Shown here: piece by piece, positions 8,850 through 18,608 of the stretch
Numbering within the stretch: the stretch's first letter is position 1
How the letters are laid out: the number at the start of each line of letters is the position of its first letter
Source of the DNA: Candidatus Micrarchaeota archaeon
GTDB lineage: Archaea > Micrarchaeota > Micrarchaeia > Anstonellales > SKW190
Direction: 5' to 3'
Assembly (NCBI GenBank): GCA_026414265.1
Contig: JAOAJI010000003.1
Coordinates: forward strand, 1-55,849
DNA: 55,849 nucleotides
Translations under genes and position numbers: made by a program
Notes under the pieces: model-generated
What the model was told of the DNA's origin: nothing
What the model saw: only the letters and a program-made list of their open reading frames with translations
The model's database searches: none

Positions 8850-10724
8850 GTGATGATAGAAATGACTTACAAGGCTCTTGAAAGGAAATTAAATTTGATC
8901 GATAAAATATTTATGATTCGCTACTATTTGTTACTTGTTGTTGTAGTGTCATTGCTATCAGTAGAAATCACTTATCCAGTTAAGCACGAACTACTAAAGT
9001 ACATTAACATGCAGAATTCAAGAGAAACAGAGATAAAAGTAAGAAACACCAACTATTACTGGATATATGCGAATGACGTAGATTTGCTGTTCAAAAATGG
9101 CAATGAAACTGAAGACATAGTAGTTACAGACGAATACGAGGCAATGTATGTTCTGAAGACTTACTACAACCAGAAATACCTGCAATCGATTGACAGTATA
9201 ATCAATTACGTGACACAGTTCAATGACAGCAGAAGAGATAGAGAATTCAATTGCAAAAACATGCTTGGACATTACCTATACGATTGCAACGACCTTTATT
9301 CATGTTACAAAGCCTGTTATTATCATCCAAATTGCCAGTTTGGACTCATCAAAGTATATACTGCTAACATGACTAACGCAAACAACCAGACAGAAAGTGT
9401 TATTATACAAACACTCAAGCCACTAAATCAAAGTGACATCGTGGAAGCGAGTTATGCGCTTAGCGTAGGTACTAAGAATCTGGACAAATTGGTAGAGAGA
9501 GTAATAAAGAAATTATCAACTTTTAGGGAAAGCTTCCAATTCAAGTTTGATATAGACAACGACTTGGTACAGATTTTAGGGACTATAAGGACTATTAATG
9601 ACAACCCTGTTTTTGATAAAAACAAGTTGAACTACTGCAGAAAAATAGATTACCCTGTTGGGTTTATCAACTCAGCGATTTCTATGAGCAGAACAATAGA
9701 AGACAAAGAGATAGACATCAATGCCACTGCAAAAAGGATGGTTGAAAAAGCAAACTACTATCTTTCACTTCTGAGGAAAGAAAAGGGGGAGGAACAGGAA
9801 GCGATATTCAACCTCACAAACAAATACGAACAGATATTTTTGGAATTCAATCAGACTCTAAGTAATGCTATTCAAAAGTTCAGGTATGCCAAATACTTTG
9901 AGATAAGAGAAAACCTTGAATCGCTATATGACAAAATCAAGAACGCAAAGAGTTATTCTGAAGCATTGAACTTCTCTCAGCAGTTCGATAACATAACTTC
10001 CACTGTAAACGATACTGTTCAGAAGACAGAGCAAAAGGTTCAGAGGATTAATTTGCTTAGAAACGCTGCACTCAACTCTGCGTTGAACGCAGAAAAAGAC
10101 AACTACAATGCTAAAGTTATAATACAAGAGCTTGAGAGGATAGACAGGTTGCTCAAGAAGGAAAGGATAACAGACAGTGATATAGTAGATGCAATAACCA
10201 CCCTTGAAAAAATCAAGTCTGAAGAGTTCATTAAATCACAACAAAATCAAGAAGAACTCAATATAGAAAAGCTCTTAAACGATTATTTGATATTCATAAT
10301 AGCTTTTGCTGTAATTGTATTAGGTATAATTGCATACATGTCAAGGAACTTGATATTCAAACAGAAGCCAGGCATAACTACCATAGTCTATAAAAACGCG
10401 CAAAACTTGTATGAAACAACACTGTCGGTGAAACTAGAAAAAGATAACAATCCTCTACCAGATGGCACCCCAGTAACTTTCTTTGTTGGAAAAGGAGCAG
10501 AAGTAGGAAACACGTATATCCAGAACTCTTATGCACACGCCACGTTAACTTTTGAAGAGTTCCCTAAAGAGGACATGGACATAAAAATAGTGACTACAGA
10601 TGTTGAAGTCAAACTGAAACTCCATTTCGTGCCTTCAGAAGACTTGCAAAGGGAAATGATGACTGAGAAAAAGAAAAAGACTTTGTTTGACCAAGTTTTA
10701 GAAAACATCAATGTCAAGAAGTGA
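8850..10724 (+). CDS. Hypothetical membrane-anchored coiled-coil protein with a Cys cluster and a C-terminal Ig-like domain
   Basis: N-terminal hydrophobic segment YYLLLVVVVSLL, Cys cluster CKNM..CNDLYSCYKACYYHPNC, long coiled region, TM YLIFIIAFAVIVLGIIAYM, then DNNPLPDGTPVTF. True start may be downstream (MIRYY). Confidence 0.8.
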   Translation: MMIEMTYKALERKLNLIDKIFMIRYYLLLVVVVSLLSVEITYPVKHELLKYINMQNSRETEIKVRNTNYYWIYANDVDLLFKNGNETEDIVVTDEYEAMYVLKTYYNQKYLQSIDSIINYVTQFNDSRRDREFNCKNMLGHYLYDCNDLYSCYKACYYHPNCQFGLIKVYTANMTNANNQTESVIIQTLKPLNQSDIVEASYALSVGTKNLDKLVERVIKKLSTFRESFQFKFDIDNDLVQILGTIRTINDNPVFDKNKLNYCRKIDYPVGFINSAISMSRTIEDKEIDINATAKRMVEKANYYLSLLRKEKGEEQEAIFNLTNKYEQIFLEFNQTLSNAIQKFRYAKYFEIRENLESLYDKIKNAKSYSEALNFSQQFDNITSTVNDTVQKTEQKVQRINLLRNAALNSALNAEKDNYNAKVIIQELERIDRLLKKERITDSDIVDAITTLEKIKSEEFIKSQQNQEELNIEKLLNDYLIFIIAFAVIVLGIIAYMSRNLIFKQKPGITTIVYKNAQNLYETTLSVKLEKDNNPLPDGTPVTFFVGKGAEVGNTYIQNSYAHATLTFEEFPKEDMDIKIVTTDVEVKLKLHFVPSEDLQREMMTEKKKKTLFDQVLENINVKK

Positions 10725-11880
10725 GTTCTACAAAATCTACTATTTGTTTTGCAAGCAATTCTCTGTTACCTGTTAAAGTCTTTAGCACTTTGTTTGTTTT
10801 ATCACAAACTATCAGCTCGAGATTTTCTTTTGAATACTTTCGAGGGTCAGAGTAAATGATCAGTTTAACGTTATTGTAATTAAAAGTTTTTTTGCTATCG
10901 CTCATAGAAAAAATTATCAAGTTTTTCACATCTGAAAAATATTTCAAGACCTTTTCCCTAGGAATAAGCCTGATGCCGTGCTCTTTTTCAGATGATAATT
11001 TTGCTATTTGCTCCTTATGTGATGAATGATCAACAACAGGCTTGAAATCAGATACTGCAATCGTAGAAAAGTAAAAATCATAGCTTTGTTGTGTAAGTTT
11101 TTTTGCCAGTTCTTGGAGTTCATCATAAGTAGATATCTGGTGAGTGCTTATTTTTTTTGGAAATACATGATTAGTGTTACCTTGAATGACAGTTACTTCA
11201 CAACCTCTTTTGTAAAGCTCTAAAGCTATGTTGTAGCCGAGCATTCCAGAAGCTATGTTTGTGATTATTCTTACGTCATCTATTTTTTCTATAGTTTTTC
11301 CCAAAGAGATGATTGCTTTTTTGCCAGCAAAAGATTGGTTTGTAAATGCCTTCTCGATTTCAATGAACAAAAGATCTAGTTCAGGAACTTTGTACTTATC
11401 CTCTTCTTCTTTAGGATCAATAAATTCTAGGTTTAAGGTTTTTAAGTATTCAATGTTTTTAATCAAAATTTTGGAATACAATTCTTTATGCATCAGAGGT
11501 AGAACTAACACTTTCTTGTTGTTTGTTATTGCGCATGTTATCGTTAATGACGCTAAATCATCCGTAATACCATTTGCGATTTTAGAGATGAAATTAGAAG
11601 TTGCAAAAACAAAAAAGACATCGTATTCTTTAGCTATTTTAAGATAACTTGTCTGTGAATCCACTAATGATAACACTCTGTTGTTTGAAGCCCATTCTAA
11701 AGAAGTCTCAGATACTATTTTTTTTGCTTCTTCTGTCAATATTATTTGCACCGAATAATTGTTTTTTACAAGGAGCCTTGTCAAGTCAAATGCTTTTACA
11801 GAACCTATAGTGCCTGTCAATACCAAACAGACTCTTTTGTTCATGTTCTTTTTATCATCCATCTTATTTTTTAACTCCAT
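10714..11880 (-). CDS. coaBC: Bifunctional phosphopantothenoylcysteine decarboxylase/synthetase (divergent)
   Basis: Flavoprotein N-domain (LTGTIG, ATSNFISKIANGITDD, PLMH) plus CoaB domain (G.TIEKIDDVRIITN.ASG.LG, AVSDF). The start may be the second or third Met. Confidence 0.88.
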   Translation of the reverse strand: MELKNKMDDKKNMNKRVCLVLTGTIGSVKAFDLTRLLVKNNYSVQIILTEEAKKIVSETSLEWASNNRVLSLVDSQTSYLKIAKEYDVFFVFATSNFISKIANGITDDLASLTITCAITNNKKVLVLPLMHKELYSKILIKNIEYLKTLNLEFIDPKEEEDKYKVPELDLLFIEIEKAFTNQSFAGKKAIISLGKTIEKIDDVRIITNIASGMLGYNIALELYKRGCEVTVIQGNTNHVFPKKISTHQISTYDELQELAKKLTQQSYDFYFSTIAVSDFKPVVDHSSHKEQIAKLSSEKEHGIRLIPREKVLKYFSDVKNLIIFSMSDSKKTFNYNNVKLIIYSDPRKYSKENLELIVCDKTNKVLKTLTGNRELLAKQIVDFVELTS

Positions 11881-11886
11881 AAAAAA

Positions 11887-12699
11887 TCATTCCCGTGTTA
11901 TTTTTCTTACCGATTCTTCAATTCTGGTAATTTCGTTCATATCTAAGGTAGACAATAAGTTCCTTTTGTGATACGAGTTTCTGTATTTATCTATCACTAG
12001 AGCTATTTCTTGGTCATCGAAATCTTTTAACTGTTTGAGGTCATTGGTCAATGCATATAAGATCTGGTCTGCCTTTTCATACGAGATACCGAGCTCGTCT
12101 TCTGCTCTTTGTCCTTTCCAGAGCGCTGGTGACGGCTCTTTTACTGCTATTTCCGGAAAGCCGAGCTTTTCTAAAGCATACCTTACTTGCGTTTTGTAGA
12201 GATTTAGAATTGGAAATATGTCTGCACCAGCATCGCCATATTTTGTAAAGTAACCCAAAAGGTATTCGCTTTTGTCTCCTGTGCCTATGACTATGCCGTT
12301 ATTTTCGTTTGCTTTAGCGTACAAAATAGTCATCCTTATCCTAGCAGAAAGATTGCCTGCTACTATTCTTTGATCGTCACCGATTCCTAATAGTTCCTTG
12401 TATTTCTGTTCTATTTCAGAGATTCTTATTATCTCGTATGGTATGTCTAATTTTTTGCATACGTGCTGTGCTTCGATAATTTGAACCGATTCGTTTGCCT
12501 TTCCAGGTAGTATCAAGCCAACTACTTCAAAACCTGTTTGCTTACACAGATAAGCAGACAAAGTAGAGTCTGCTCCAGAGCTTATGCCTATGAAACACTT
12601 GTCTATTTTATTTGTTTTCCTGAATCGGTTAAGGAATAATTTACTTTGCTCAAGTAAGTTGAAAGTTTCTGATTTTATCTTGTTAATTAAATACTTCAT
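11887..12699 (-). CDS. nadE: NH3-dependent NAD+ synthetase
   Basis: GISSGADS, GNLSARIRM, GTGDKSE, GYFTKYGD, LYKTQV, PSPALW.GQ..EDELG, HKR. Confidence 0.96.
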   Translation of the reverse strand: MKYLINKIKSETFNLLEQSKLFLNRFRKTNKIDKCFIGISSGADSTLSAYLCKQTGFEVVGLILPGKANESVQIIEAQHVCKKLDIPYEIIRISEIEQKYKELLGIGDDQRIVAGNLSARIRMTILYAKANENNGIVIGTGDKSEYLLGYFTKYGDAGADIFPILNLYKTQVRYALEKLGFPEIAVKEPSPALWKGQRAEDELGISYEKADQILYALTNDLKQLKDFDDQEIALVIDKYRNSYHKRNLLSTLDMNEITRIEESVRKITRE

Positions 12700-12729
12700 A
12701 AAAGAATTTCAACCAAATATTAATTTAAA

Positions 12730-13809
12730 TCAGATATGTTTGTGCTTTTTACATAGCTCTGCTATCCAGATAGCCCCTTTTGCAGCACCTAGTTTAGTGT
12801 TATGAGAAAGTAAAACGTATTTGATACCTTTGAAGGCTGAGTCAATTCTTATCCTGCCTATTGATACAGTCATTCCATCGTTAATTTCTCTGTCAAGTCT
12901 TGGCTGTGGCCTGAAGTTGTCTTCGTGGACATAAAATATTTGCTTAGGAGTAGAAGGCAAATCCATGACATCGCTGTTTCTGTAATTAATAAACAAGTTC
13001 TTTATTGACTCCAAATCGAAATCAGAATCCAATTTCAGATTTACTATCTCAGTGTGCCCATCCAATACTGGCACTCTTGTACATGTAACAGATACTTTTA
13101 AGTCGCTATGGATTATTTTATCGTTTTGGAGTTTGCCAAGAATTTTTTTAGTCTCTTTTTCTACCTTTTCCTCCTCCTTAGGGATGAACGGAATGATATT
13201 ATCGATTATGTCCAAGGCTAAGACTCCTGAAGTTCTCCCTGCTCCTGAAACAGCTTGCATGGAAGTCATTATTGCTAAATCGATTTTGTGATTGTTTGCA
13301 ATAGGTTTAAGTGTTGATACGAAACCTGTTGTTGTACAATTAGGTATAGGTAATATGTAACCTTTCCAATTTCTGTTTGATTTTTGAACTTCGACAAGTT
13401 TCAAGTGATCAGAGTTAATTGACGGGATTAGCAGAGGCGTATCATCTTCGTATCTGAAAAACGAAGCAGTAGAAATGACAGGCTTTCTTTCTGCATAAAA
13501 AGGCTCTAAATCTTTGGCTATTTCTGACTCAACAGCAGAAAAAATGAGGTCAATTTTGGACAAATCTAATTCATCTGATTTACATAACTTCATTTCAAGA
13601 ATCCTTTTTGATGGTAAATCACCGCAGAACCAGTTTAATTTACCGTTATGATCCTTTAAAGCATTCAGATACGTTTTTCCTGCGTTTTTCTCCGAAGCCG
13701 ATAATTCAGCAACTTCAAAAAATTCGTGGTTTTGCAATGCAGATATAAATTGTTGTCCCGCAATTCCTGTTGCTCCTATTATCGCTACCCTCTTCTTCAT
13801 AAGAACCAC
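12730..13809 (-). CDS. asd: Aspartate-semialdehyde dehydrogenase (archaeal/fungal type)
   Basis: GATGIAGQ, PNCTT (catalytic Cys), QAVSGAG, EEEK...E..KILG, CTRVPV.DGH, RPQPRLDR, HNT.LGAA. Confidence 0.97.
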   Translation of the reverse strand: MVLMKKRVAIIGATGIAGQQFISALQNHEFFEVAELSASEKNAGKTYLNALKDHNGKLNWFCGDLPSKRILEMKLCKSDELDLSKIDLIFSAVESEIAKDLEPFYAERKPVISTASFFRYEDDTPLLIPSINSDHLKLVEVQKSNRNWKGYILPIPNCTTTGFVSTLKPIANNHKIDLAIMTSMQAVSGAGRTSGVLALDIIDNIIPFIPKEEEKVEKETKKILGKLQNDKIIHSDLKVSVTCTRVPVLDGHTEIVNLKLDSDFDLESIKNLFINYRNSDVMDLPSTPKQIFYVHEDNFRPQPRLDREINDGMTVSIGRIRIDSAFKGIKYVLLSHNTKLGAAKGAIWIAELCKKHKHI

Positions 13810-13884
13810 TTAAGAATGGATTAAAAGAGAGTTTTTATAAATTTATTTGATAAAAAAGTCCATAAAAAAGAAGTTAATAATATT

Positions 13885-14307
13885 TTATTTCTTTTTTAAC
13901 GAAACAGAAAAATTGTTGTTTGAGAAAGAAAACTCAAGCTTTTCTTTGTATCTCTGGTTGAGCAAGTTTATGTATTCATCAATTGAATTCTGGTCATTTT
14001 TTTCAGCTAGTTCAAGCATTTTAATGTAGATTTTCACAGTTTCCAAAGTCTTGTTCTTAATTTCCAGCTTTTGTTCTTGAGAAAGCGTAGGATCTCTTAC
14101 AGATCTCTCAAATCTTGCAAGTGTTTCGTCAAGAATCGCGAAAGTGTTTGCTATTCTCACTGCGTTCAGCCTGGTTTTTGGATCGTTGTAAAGTTTTTCA
14201 AATATAGGTAGAAAAACAGAGTTGAAATATGCGTGCACATCGTCAATCTGTCCTTTTGCATGAATCGCATCTCTGTCATTTTTATCATTATTAAGGTTTT
14301 CAGACAT
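13885..14307 (-). CDS. Hypothetical protein
   Basis: ATG at 14307 (MSENLNNDK) preceded by GAGGT; helical protein with no motif. Confidence 0.7.
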   Translation of the reverse strand: MSENLNNDKNDRDAIHAKGQIDDVHAYFNSVFLPIFEKLYNDPKTRLNAVRIANTFAILDETLARFERSVRDPTLSQEQKLEIKNKTLETVKIYIKMLELAEKNDQNSIDEYINLLNQRYKEKLEFSFSNNNFSVSLKKK

Positions 14308-14317
14308 TTTTTTGACC

Positions 14318-14545
14318 TCATACATTTCTGTTTTCAACACTATTAGCTATTGTAGTTAGAGCCGAGATTAGTCGTTGTTTAGAACTATTGTCTATTAGAT
14401 TTCCTAAATTCTGATTAAAAGCTTGTGCTGCAACTCTTGGTACTACTTCATGAATGTTTTGCATGTTATTTTTTTGTTGGTTTTTTTCTTGTTGGTTAAT
14501 GATTTGTCCAGTGGAAACTTGTTGTAGTACAGGCATATTAACCAT
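14318..14545 (-). CDS. Small Q/N-rich hypothetical protein
   Basis: MVNMPVLQQVSTGQIINQQEKNQQKNN...; its stop overlaps the SD of the next gene. The longer track start runs into the divergent PRTase gene. Confidence 0.5.
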   Translation of the reverse strand: MVNMPVLQQVSTGQIINQQEKNQQKNNMQNIHEVVPRVAAQAFNQNLGNLIDNSSKQRLISALTTIANSVENRNV

Positions 14546-14594
14546 AGAGATTTTGAAGTTAAAGTATAAAAGGGTTATGATATTTAGAAGGTAT

Positions 14595-15089
14595 ATGGGT
14601 TTGAAGTACAAGAAATTGAGCTTTGACGACGTTTATGCTCTGTGCTTAGAACTATCAGAGAAACTAATCGACTACTATGGCAAGGACTTGGAAAAGGTTG
14701 TTTTCGTAGCTATTTCGAGAGGTGGCTTGATACCTGCAAGAATATTGGCTGACATAGTTGGCAAAAGAGACATTTGGACTATTTCTGCCAAGTCTTATGT
14801 TGACGTGAACAAAAAAGAGGAATTGGTAATCACACAAGACATCAAAATGAACTTAGAAAACAAAAAAATTTTGATTATAGACGATATAGCTGACACTGGG
14901 TTTACTATAAAGACCATAAAAGAACTCTGCGAATTAAGAAACGCTTCTGAAGTTAAGACTTGCACGCTTCATTACAAGAACAAAAGCGTAACAAAACCTG
15001 ATTTCTTTGCAGACAAAGTGAGTGATGATGTTTGGATAGTTTATCCTTGGGAGATTCATGAGTTCAACAACTCTAAAAAGCATGGTTGA
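14595..15089 (+). CDS. Purine (hypoxanthine/xanthine/guanine) phosphoribosyltransferase-like protein
   Basis: AISRGGLIPA, PRPP-binding loop LIIDDIADTGFT, KPDF, WIVYPWE. ATG at 14595 follows GAAGGT. Confidence 0.9.
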   Translation: MGLKYKKLSFDDVYALCLELSEKLIDYYGKDLEKVVFVAISRGGLIPARILADIVGKRDIWTISAKSYVDVNKKEELVITQDIKMNLENKKILIIDDIADTGFTIKTIKELCELRNASEVKTCTLHYKNKSVTKPDFFADKVSDDVWIVYPWEIHEFNNSKKHG

Positions 15090-15678
15090 TATGAAGAAAA
15101 GGCATTTGATTATTTATTTAATCATTGCTGCACTTCTAGTTTTGAATCTGGTTATCATTTTAACGCCATTTCTTTTACTAATAAACAACAGCCTAGGATC
15201 ATTATTTTACAAATCGCTTTCACCTCTTTGTCATCAGATAGACAGCAGGAGCATTTGCTTAGACAGTTTTCTGAAAATAACTGATTGTATTGAAAATAAA
15301 AAATTCATGGACACGACTAGATCACCAGATGGAATTGTGATAGACAACGATCAGATCAAGTACAAGTTCCCAGTCTGTTCCAGAGACGTTACAATTTATC
15401 TCTTTTTATTGATTGGTATGATTTATGGGATTATGAAATTCGGTATCGATTCTGACAAGATAACAGGATTTACTCTTTTATACGTGAGTCTCGTTCCCAT
15501 AGGGATAGATGGCATACTCCAAACACTGACAGAATTCAACATCATTTTACCTTTCATAGGAACTTATGAGAGCACGAACCAGCTGAGACTGCTTACTGGT
15601 GCAATTGCAGGTTTTGCTTGTGGCATGTATTTGATTCCGCTTTTGAACTACTATTGGAAGTGGTTGCTCAAGGAGTAA
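15058..15678 (+). CDS. DUF2085-family membrane protein
   Basis: LCHQ..SRS, PVCSRD, GIDG..Q, STN.LRLLTG. True start is probably 15082 or 15091. Confidence 0.85.
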   Translation: MSSTTLKSMVDMKKRHLIIYLIIAALLVLNLVIILTPFLLLINNSLGSLFYKSLSPLCHQIDSRSICLDSFLKITDCIENKKFMDTTRSPDGIVIDNDQIKYKFPVCSRDVTIYLFLLIGMIYGIMKFGIDSDKITGFTLLYVSLVPIGIDGILQTLTEFNIILPFIGTYESTNQLRLLTGAIAGFACGMYLIPLLNYYWKWLLKE

Positions 15679-15691
15679 TAGGTTATGTTTT

Positions 15692-17602
15692 TTACTTGAG
15701 CCTGATTGTTTCCATTAGTTGAGGAGCGTATGCCTGAGCCCTAAAGGCTTTTGCCAGAGTACTTGCAAATTCAACTGTTTTAATAGCCTCTCCATGCACT
15801 GTGAAAATTTTTGGTATATGATTCCTTATCTTTTTCAGGTATTGTATCATGTGGACTCTGTCAGAATGTCCAGAAAAGCCTTCTATGGACTTTACTTCCA
15901 TGTTGACTTTGATTAGGTCTGTTTTGCCGTTTGAACTCCCGTTTTGTAGAGGTATCTCTTTGATTCCCTGTTGGATTTTCCTGCCTAAAGAATTAGCTGC
16001 TTGGTATCCTACAAAAATGAGTTTATTGTTAGGATTTTCTGCCATGAGCCTGAAAAAGTCCACTACAGGCCCTCCTGACATCATACCTGATGGAGCAAGG
16101 ATTATACATGGCTCTGATTCAGCGATTTCTTCTCTTGATTTGCCCTTTGCTATCTTGAAGATTTCGCTCTCAAAAGGCGAATCATTTGTTAATATTCGTA
16201 TTTGCACGTTTCTTTTCAGGTATTCTGGATATGCTGTATGAATAGCAGAAGCTTCCAAAATCATACCGTCTAAGTAAACAGGCACGTTGAAGTCTTTGTT
16301 GTTCCTTGCATACTCTTCAAGAACGAGCATGATCTCCTGTGCTCTTCCTACTGAAAACACAGGTATGAGCACTTTTCCTTTCTTTGAGAGTGTTTGATTA
16401 ATTTCGTCAATGAACTGTTTCTCCATTACTTCTCTTTCAGGCATGTTGTCATTTTTTCCACCATAAGTTGCCTCTATGATCAGTGAATCTATTTTCGGTA
16501 TGCTTGTGTCTGCAGTATTAAAGAGCCTTGTGGAAGAGCACTTGATATCCCCACTATAGACCAAGTTATGCATCCCATCTCCTATGTGTAGATGCGTTAT
16601 AGCGCTACCCAATATATGGCCTGCATTGTAGAACGTGAGCTTAACGTTTGGACTTATGTCAACGACCTCGCCATAATCTATAGTTATCATGTGCTGTAGC
16701 ATATTGTATATGTCCTTTTTGGAATAAGGTACGTTAAAGTCCTTCATAGAGCTCTTTTCCCAAATTTCGAGCAAGTCAGTGATTAGTAAGGCAGTTAAAT
16801 CCCTCGTAGGGGGAGTGCAATAAATAGGACCTTCGTAGCCCATTTTATACAGGAAAGGCAAAAAACCACAGTGGTCGAGATGTGCATGAGAAAGTATGAT
16901 ACCGTCTAATTTTTCCAGAATTACATCAAACTCGCCTATGGCAGGGAACATAGATTTCAGATCAGAAGTATCAGGATTGATACCGCAGTCAAGCAAAAAC
17001 CTTTCTTTACCTGTTTTGAGGTAAATGCAACTTCGCCCTACTTCCTGTGTAGCGCCCAAGAAAGATACCGTAATCCAGTTTGGGTTATCTGGAACTTGAG
17101 AAACCAGTTTCTTACCCAAGTTTAGCAATGTTTTTTTAATTGATTTAGAATGGACTTGACATCCTTTTCTGAGCATGTCTAGAGTTGTTGACTGTATAGT
17201 AGGGGTTCTCAAAATTTTAGGCGTCCAGCCAGTTGTAAATATAATTTCTTTCATTTTCAGTCCTTGTTTTCCTATGACCAAACCTGGTTTAAATGCTTCG
17301 ATCATCACTTTAGAGAAATCAGGCAAGAAATAAATATTTGTGATCTGAGCCTCTTTAGGCACAATTTCCATGATTTTCTCTTTTGCCTGTTCAGGAGGCA
17401 TAAGAACAGAAGCATCTGCTCTAACAGAAACCTTCTTTTTTAGAGTAGAAGCTAATCTGATTATGATTTGTTCTTGCTCGTAGAAGAGTTTGATATTTTT
17501 CATATAGATTACGATTTCCAAGCCTTCTGGATAGATGCCTGTTATTTCGCATTCTTCAGGAACTATTTTCCTTATTTCTTCTTCGATTGCTTGTAAGTCC
17601 AA
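15692..17602 (-). CDS. fttA: Beta-CASP ribonuclease aCPSF1 / transcription termination factor FttA
   Basis: Two N-terminal KH domains (PGLVIGKQG), EVGRSC, HAHLDH, AGHILGS, YSGD, EATYG, FSVGRAQE, SGHSD, HGE; 636 aa. TTG start after AAGGTG. Confidence 0.96.
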   Translation of the reverse strand: MDLQAIEEEIRKIVPEECEITGIYPEGLEIVIYMKNIKLFYEQEQIIIRLASTLKKKVSVRADASVLMPPEQAKEKIMEIVPKEAQITNIYFLPDFSKVMIEAFKPGLVIGKQGLKMKEIIFTTGWTPKILRTPTIQSTTLDMLRKGCQVHSKSIKKTLLNLGKKLVSQVPDNPNWITVSFLGATQEVGRSCIYLKTGKERFLLDCGINPDTSDLKSMFPAIGEFDVILEKLDGIILSHAHLDHCGFLPFLYKMGYEGPIYCTPPTRDLTALLITDLLEIWEKSSMKDFNVPYSKKDIYNMLQHMITIDYGEVVDISPNVKLTFYNAGHILGSAITHLHIGDGMHNLVYSGDIKCSSTRLFNTADTSIPKIDSLIIEATYGGKNDNMPEREVMEKQFIDEINQTLSKKGKVLIPVFSVGRAQEIMLVLEEYARNNKDFNVPVYLDGMILEASAIHTAYPEYLKRNVQIRILTNDSPFESEIFKIAKGKSREEIAESEPCIILAPSGMMSGGPVVDFFRLMAENPNNKLIFVGYQAANSLGRKIQQGIKEIPLQNGSSNGKTDLIKVNMEVKSIEGFSGHSDRVHMIQYLKKIRNHIPKIFTVHGEAIKTVEFASTLAKAFRAQAYAPQLMETIRLK

Positions 17603-17907
17603 GTAAAAACACCTTTTATAGACTCTTAGATAAACCGAATTTTTCAGCAGGTTTTCAACACAAGGTAATTTGATATGTTATTGGTATTAAAGATTCAGAG
17701 TTTATAGAACCCACCAAAACAATTTGATTAAAGGTTTGTGAAAAATTAGAAAAAACAAAAAACTGGTCTGGAATATAACAAGTTATGATAATATAATCAT
17801 ACAAAAGAATATAAACGTTATGATTAGAAATGGGGCAGTGTCATTTCATTCGTGATTTATTTTGTGTCAATCTTTAATAAGGCTTTGATTTATAAGAAGA
17901 ATAGGGT

Positions 17908-18582
17908 GTGATGGTAATGGACAATTTAGTAAACCATTCTTATGCTTCAGAGAGTGAAAAAGTGAAGAAACTCAATACAGGTACAACTACTGTATCTTTG
18001 GTTTGCAAAGACGGGATAATTTTTGCTGCTGACAAGAGAGCGACTATGGGCTTCTTCATAGCAAGTAAAACAGCTGAAAAGATCCATCAATTAGATGATA
18101 AGATTGCCATGACGATAGCAGGCTCAGTGGGAGACGCCCAGGCTCTTGTAAGGATAATGCGCGCAGAGATACAGTTATATAGAGCCAAGCACTCCAAAGT
18201 GCCTACTGTAAAAGCAGTCTCAACTTTGTTATCGAACATTCTTTACGCTTATAAATGGTATCCTTATTTCGTACAGTTAATAGTAGGAGGCTATGACAAC
18301 AAGCCTGTGATGTATACATTAGACGCTTTAGGTGGTATGACAGAAGAAGAAATGTTTTCTACAGGCTCAGGCTCTCCGATAGCTTTAGGTCTGTTGGAGG
18401 CACATTATTCCAAGGACAAACCAGTTAAAGAAAACTTGAAATTGGCTGTAAAAGCAGTTAAGATGGCAATGGAAAGGGATGCAGGCTCTGGTGAAGGCGT
18501 AGACGCTGCTGTAATAGACGCTAATGGCTTCAAAAGGCTCAGCAAAGAAGAAGTAGAAAACTATTTGAGACAGCCTCTGTGA
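17908..18582 (+). CDS. psmB: 20S proteasome subunit beta
   Basis: Propeptide then TG|TTTV (N-terminal Thr nucleophile), AADKRAT, AGSVGDAQ, STGSGSP.A.G.LE, ERDAGSG. Confidence 0.97.
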   Translation: MMVMDNLVNHSYASESEKVKKLNTGTTTVSLVCKDGIIFAADKRATMGFFIASKTAEKIHQLDDKIAMTIAGSVGDAQALVRIMRAEIQLYRAKHSKVPTVKAVSTLLSNILYAYKWYPYFVQLIVGGYDNKPVMYTLDALGGMTEEEMFSTGSGSPIALGLLEAHYSKDKPVKENLKLAVKAVKMAMERDAGSGEGVDAAVIDANGFKRLSKEEVENYLRQPL

Positions 18583-18608
18583 TCTCTGACAAAAAGTTTG
18601 TGCTCATC

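Noticed and set aside
14307-14340. Programmed frameshift joining the 14318 and 13885 ORFs
   Set aside because: The downstream ORF has its own GAGGT SD and an ATG at 14307, so two coupled genes is the simpler reading.
14454-14594. Cys/Phe-rich N-terminal extension of the PRTase
   Set aside because: It is the antisense reading of the Q/N-rich ORF; a start with an SD exists at 14595.
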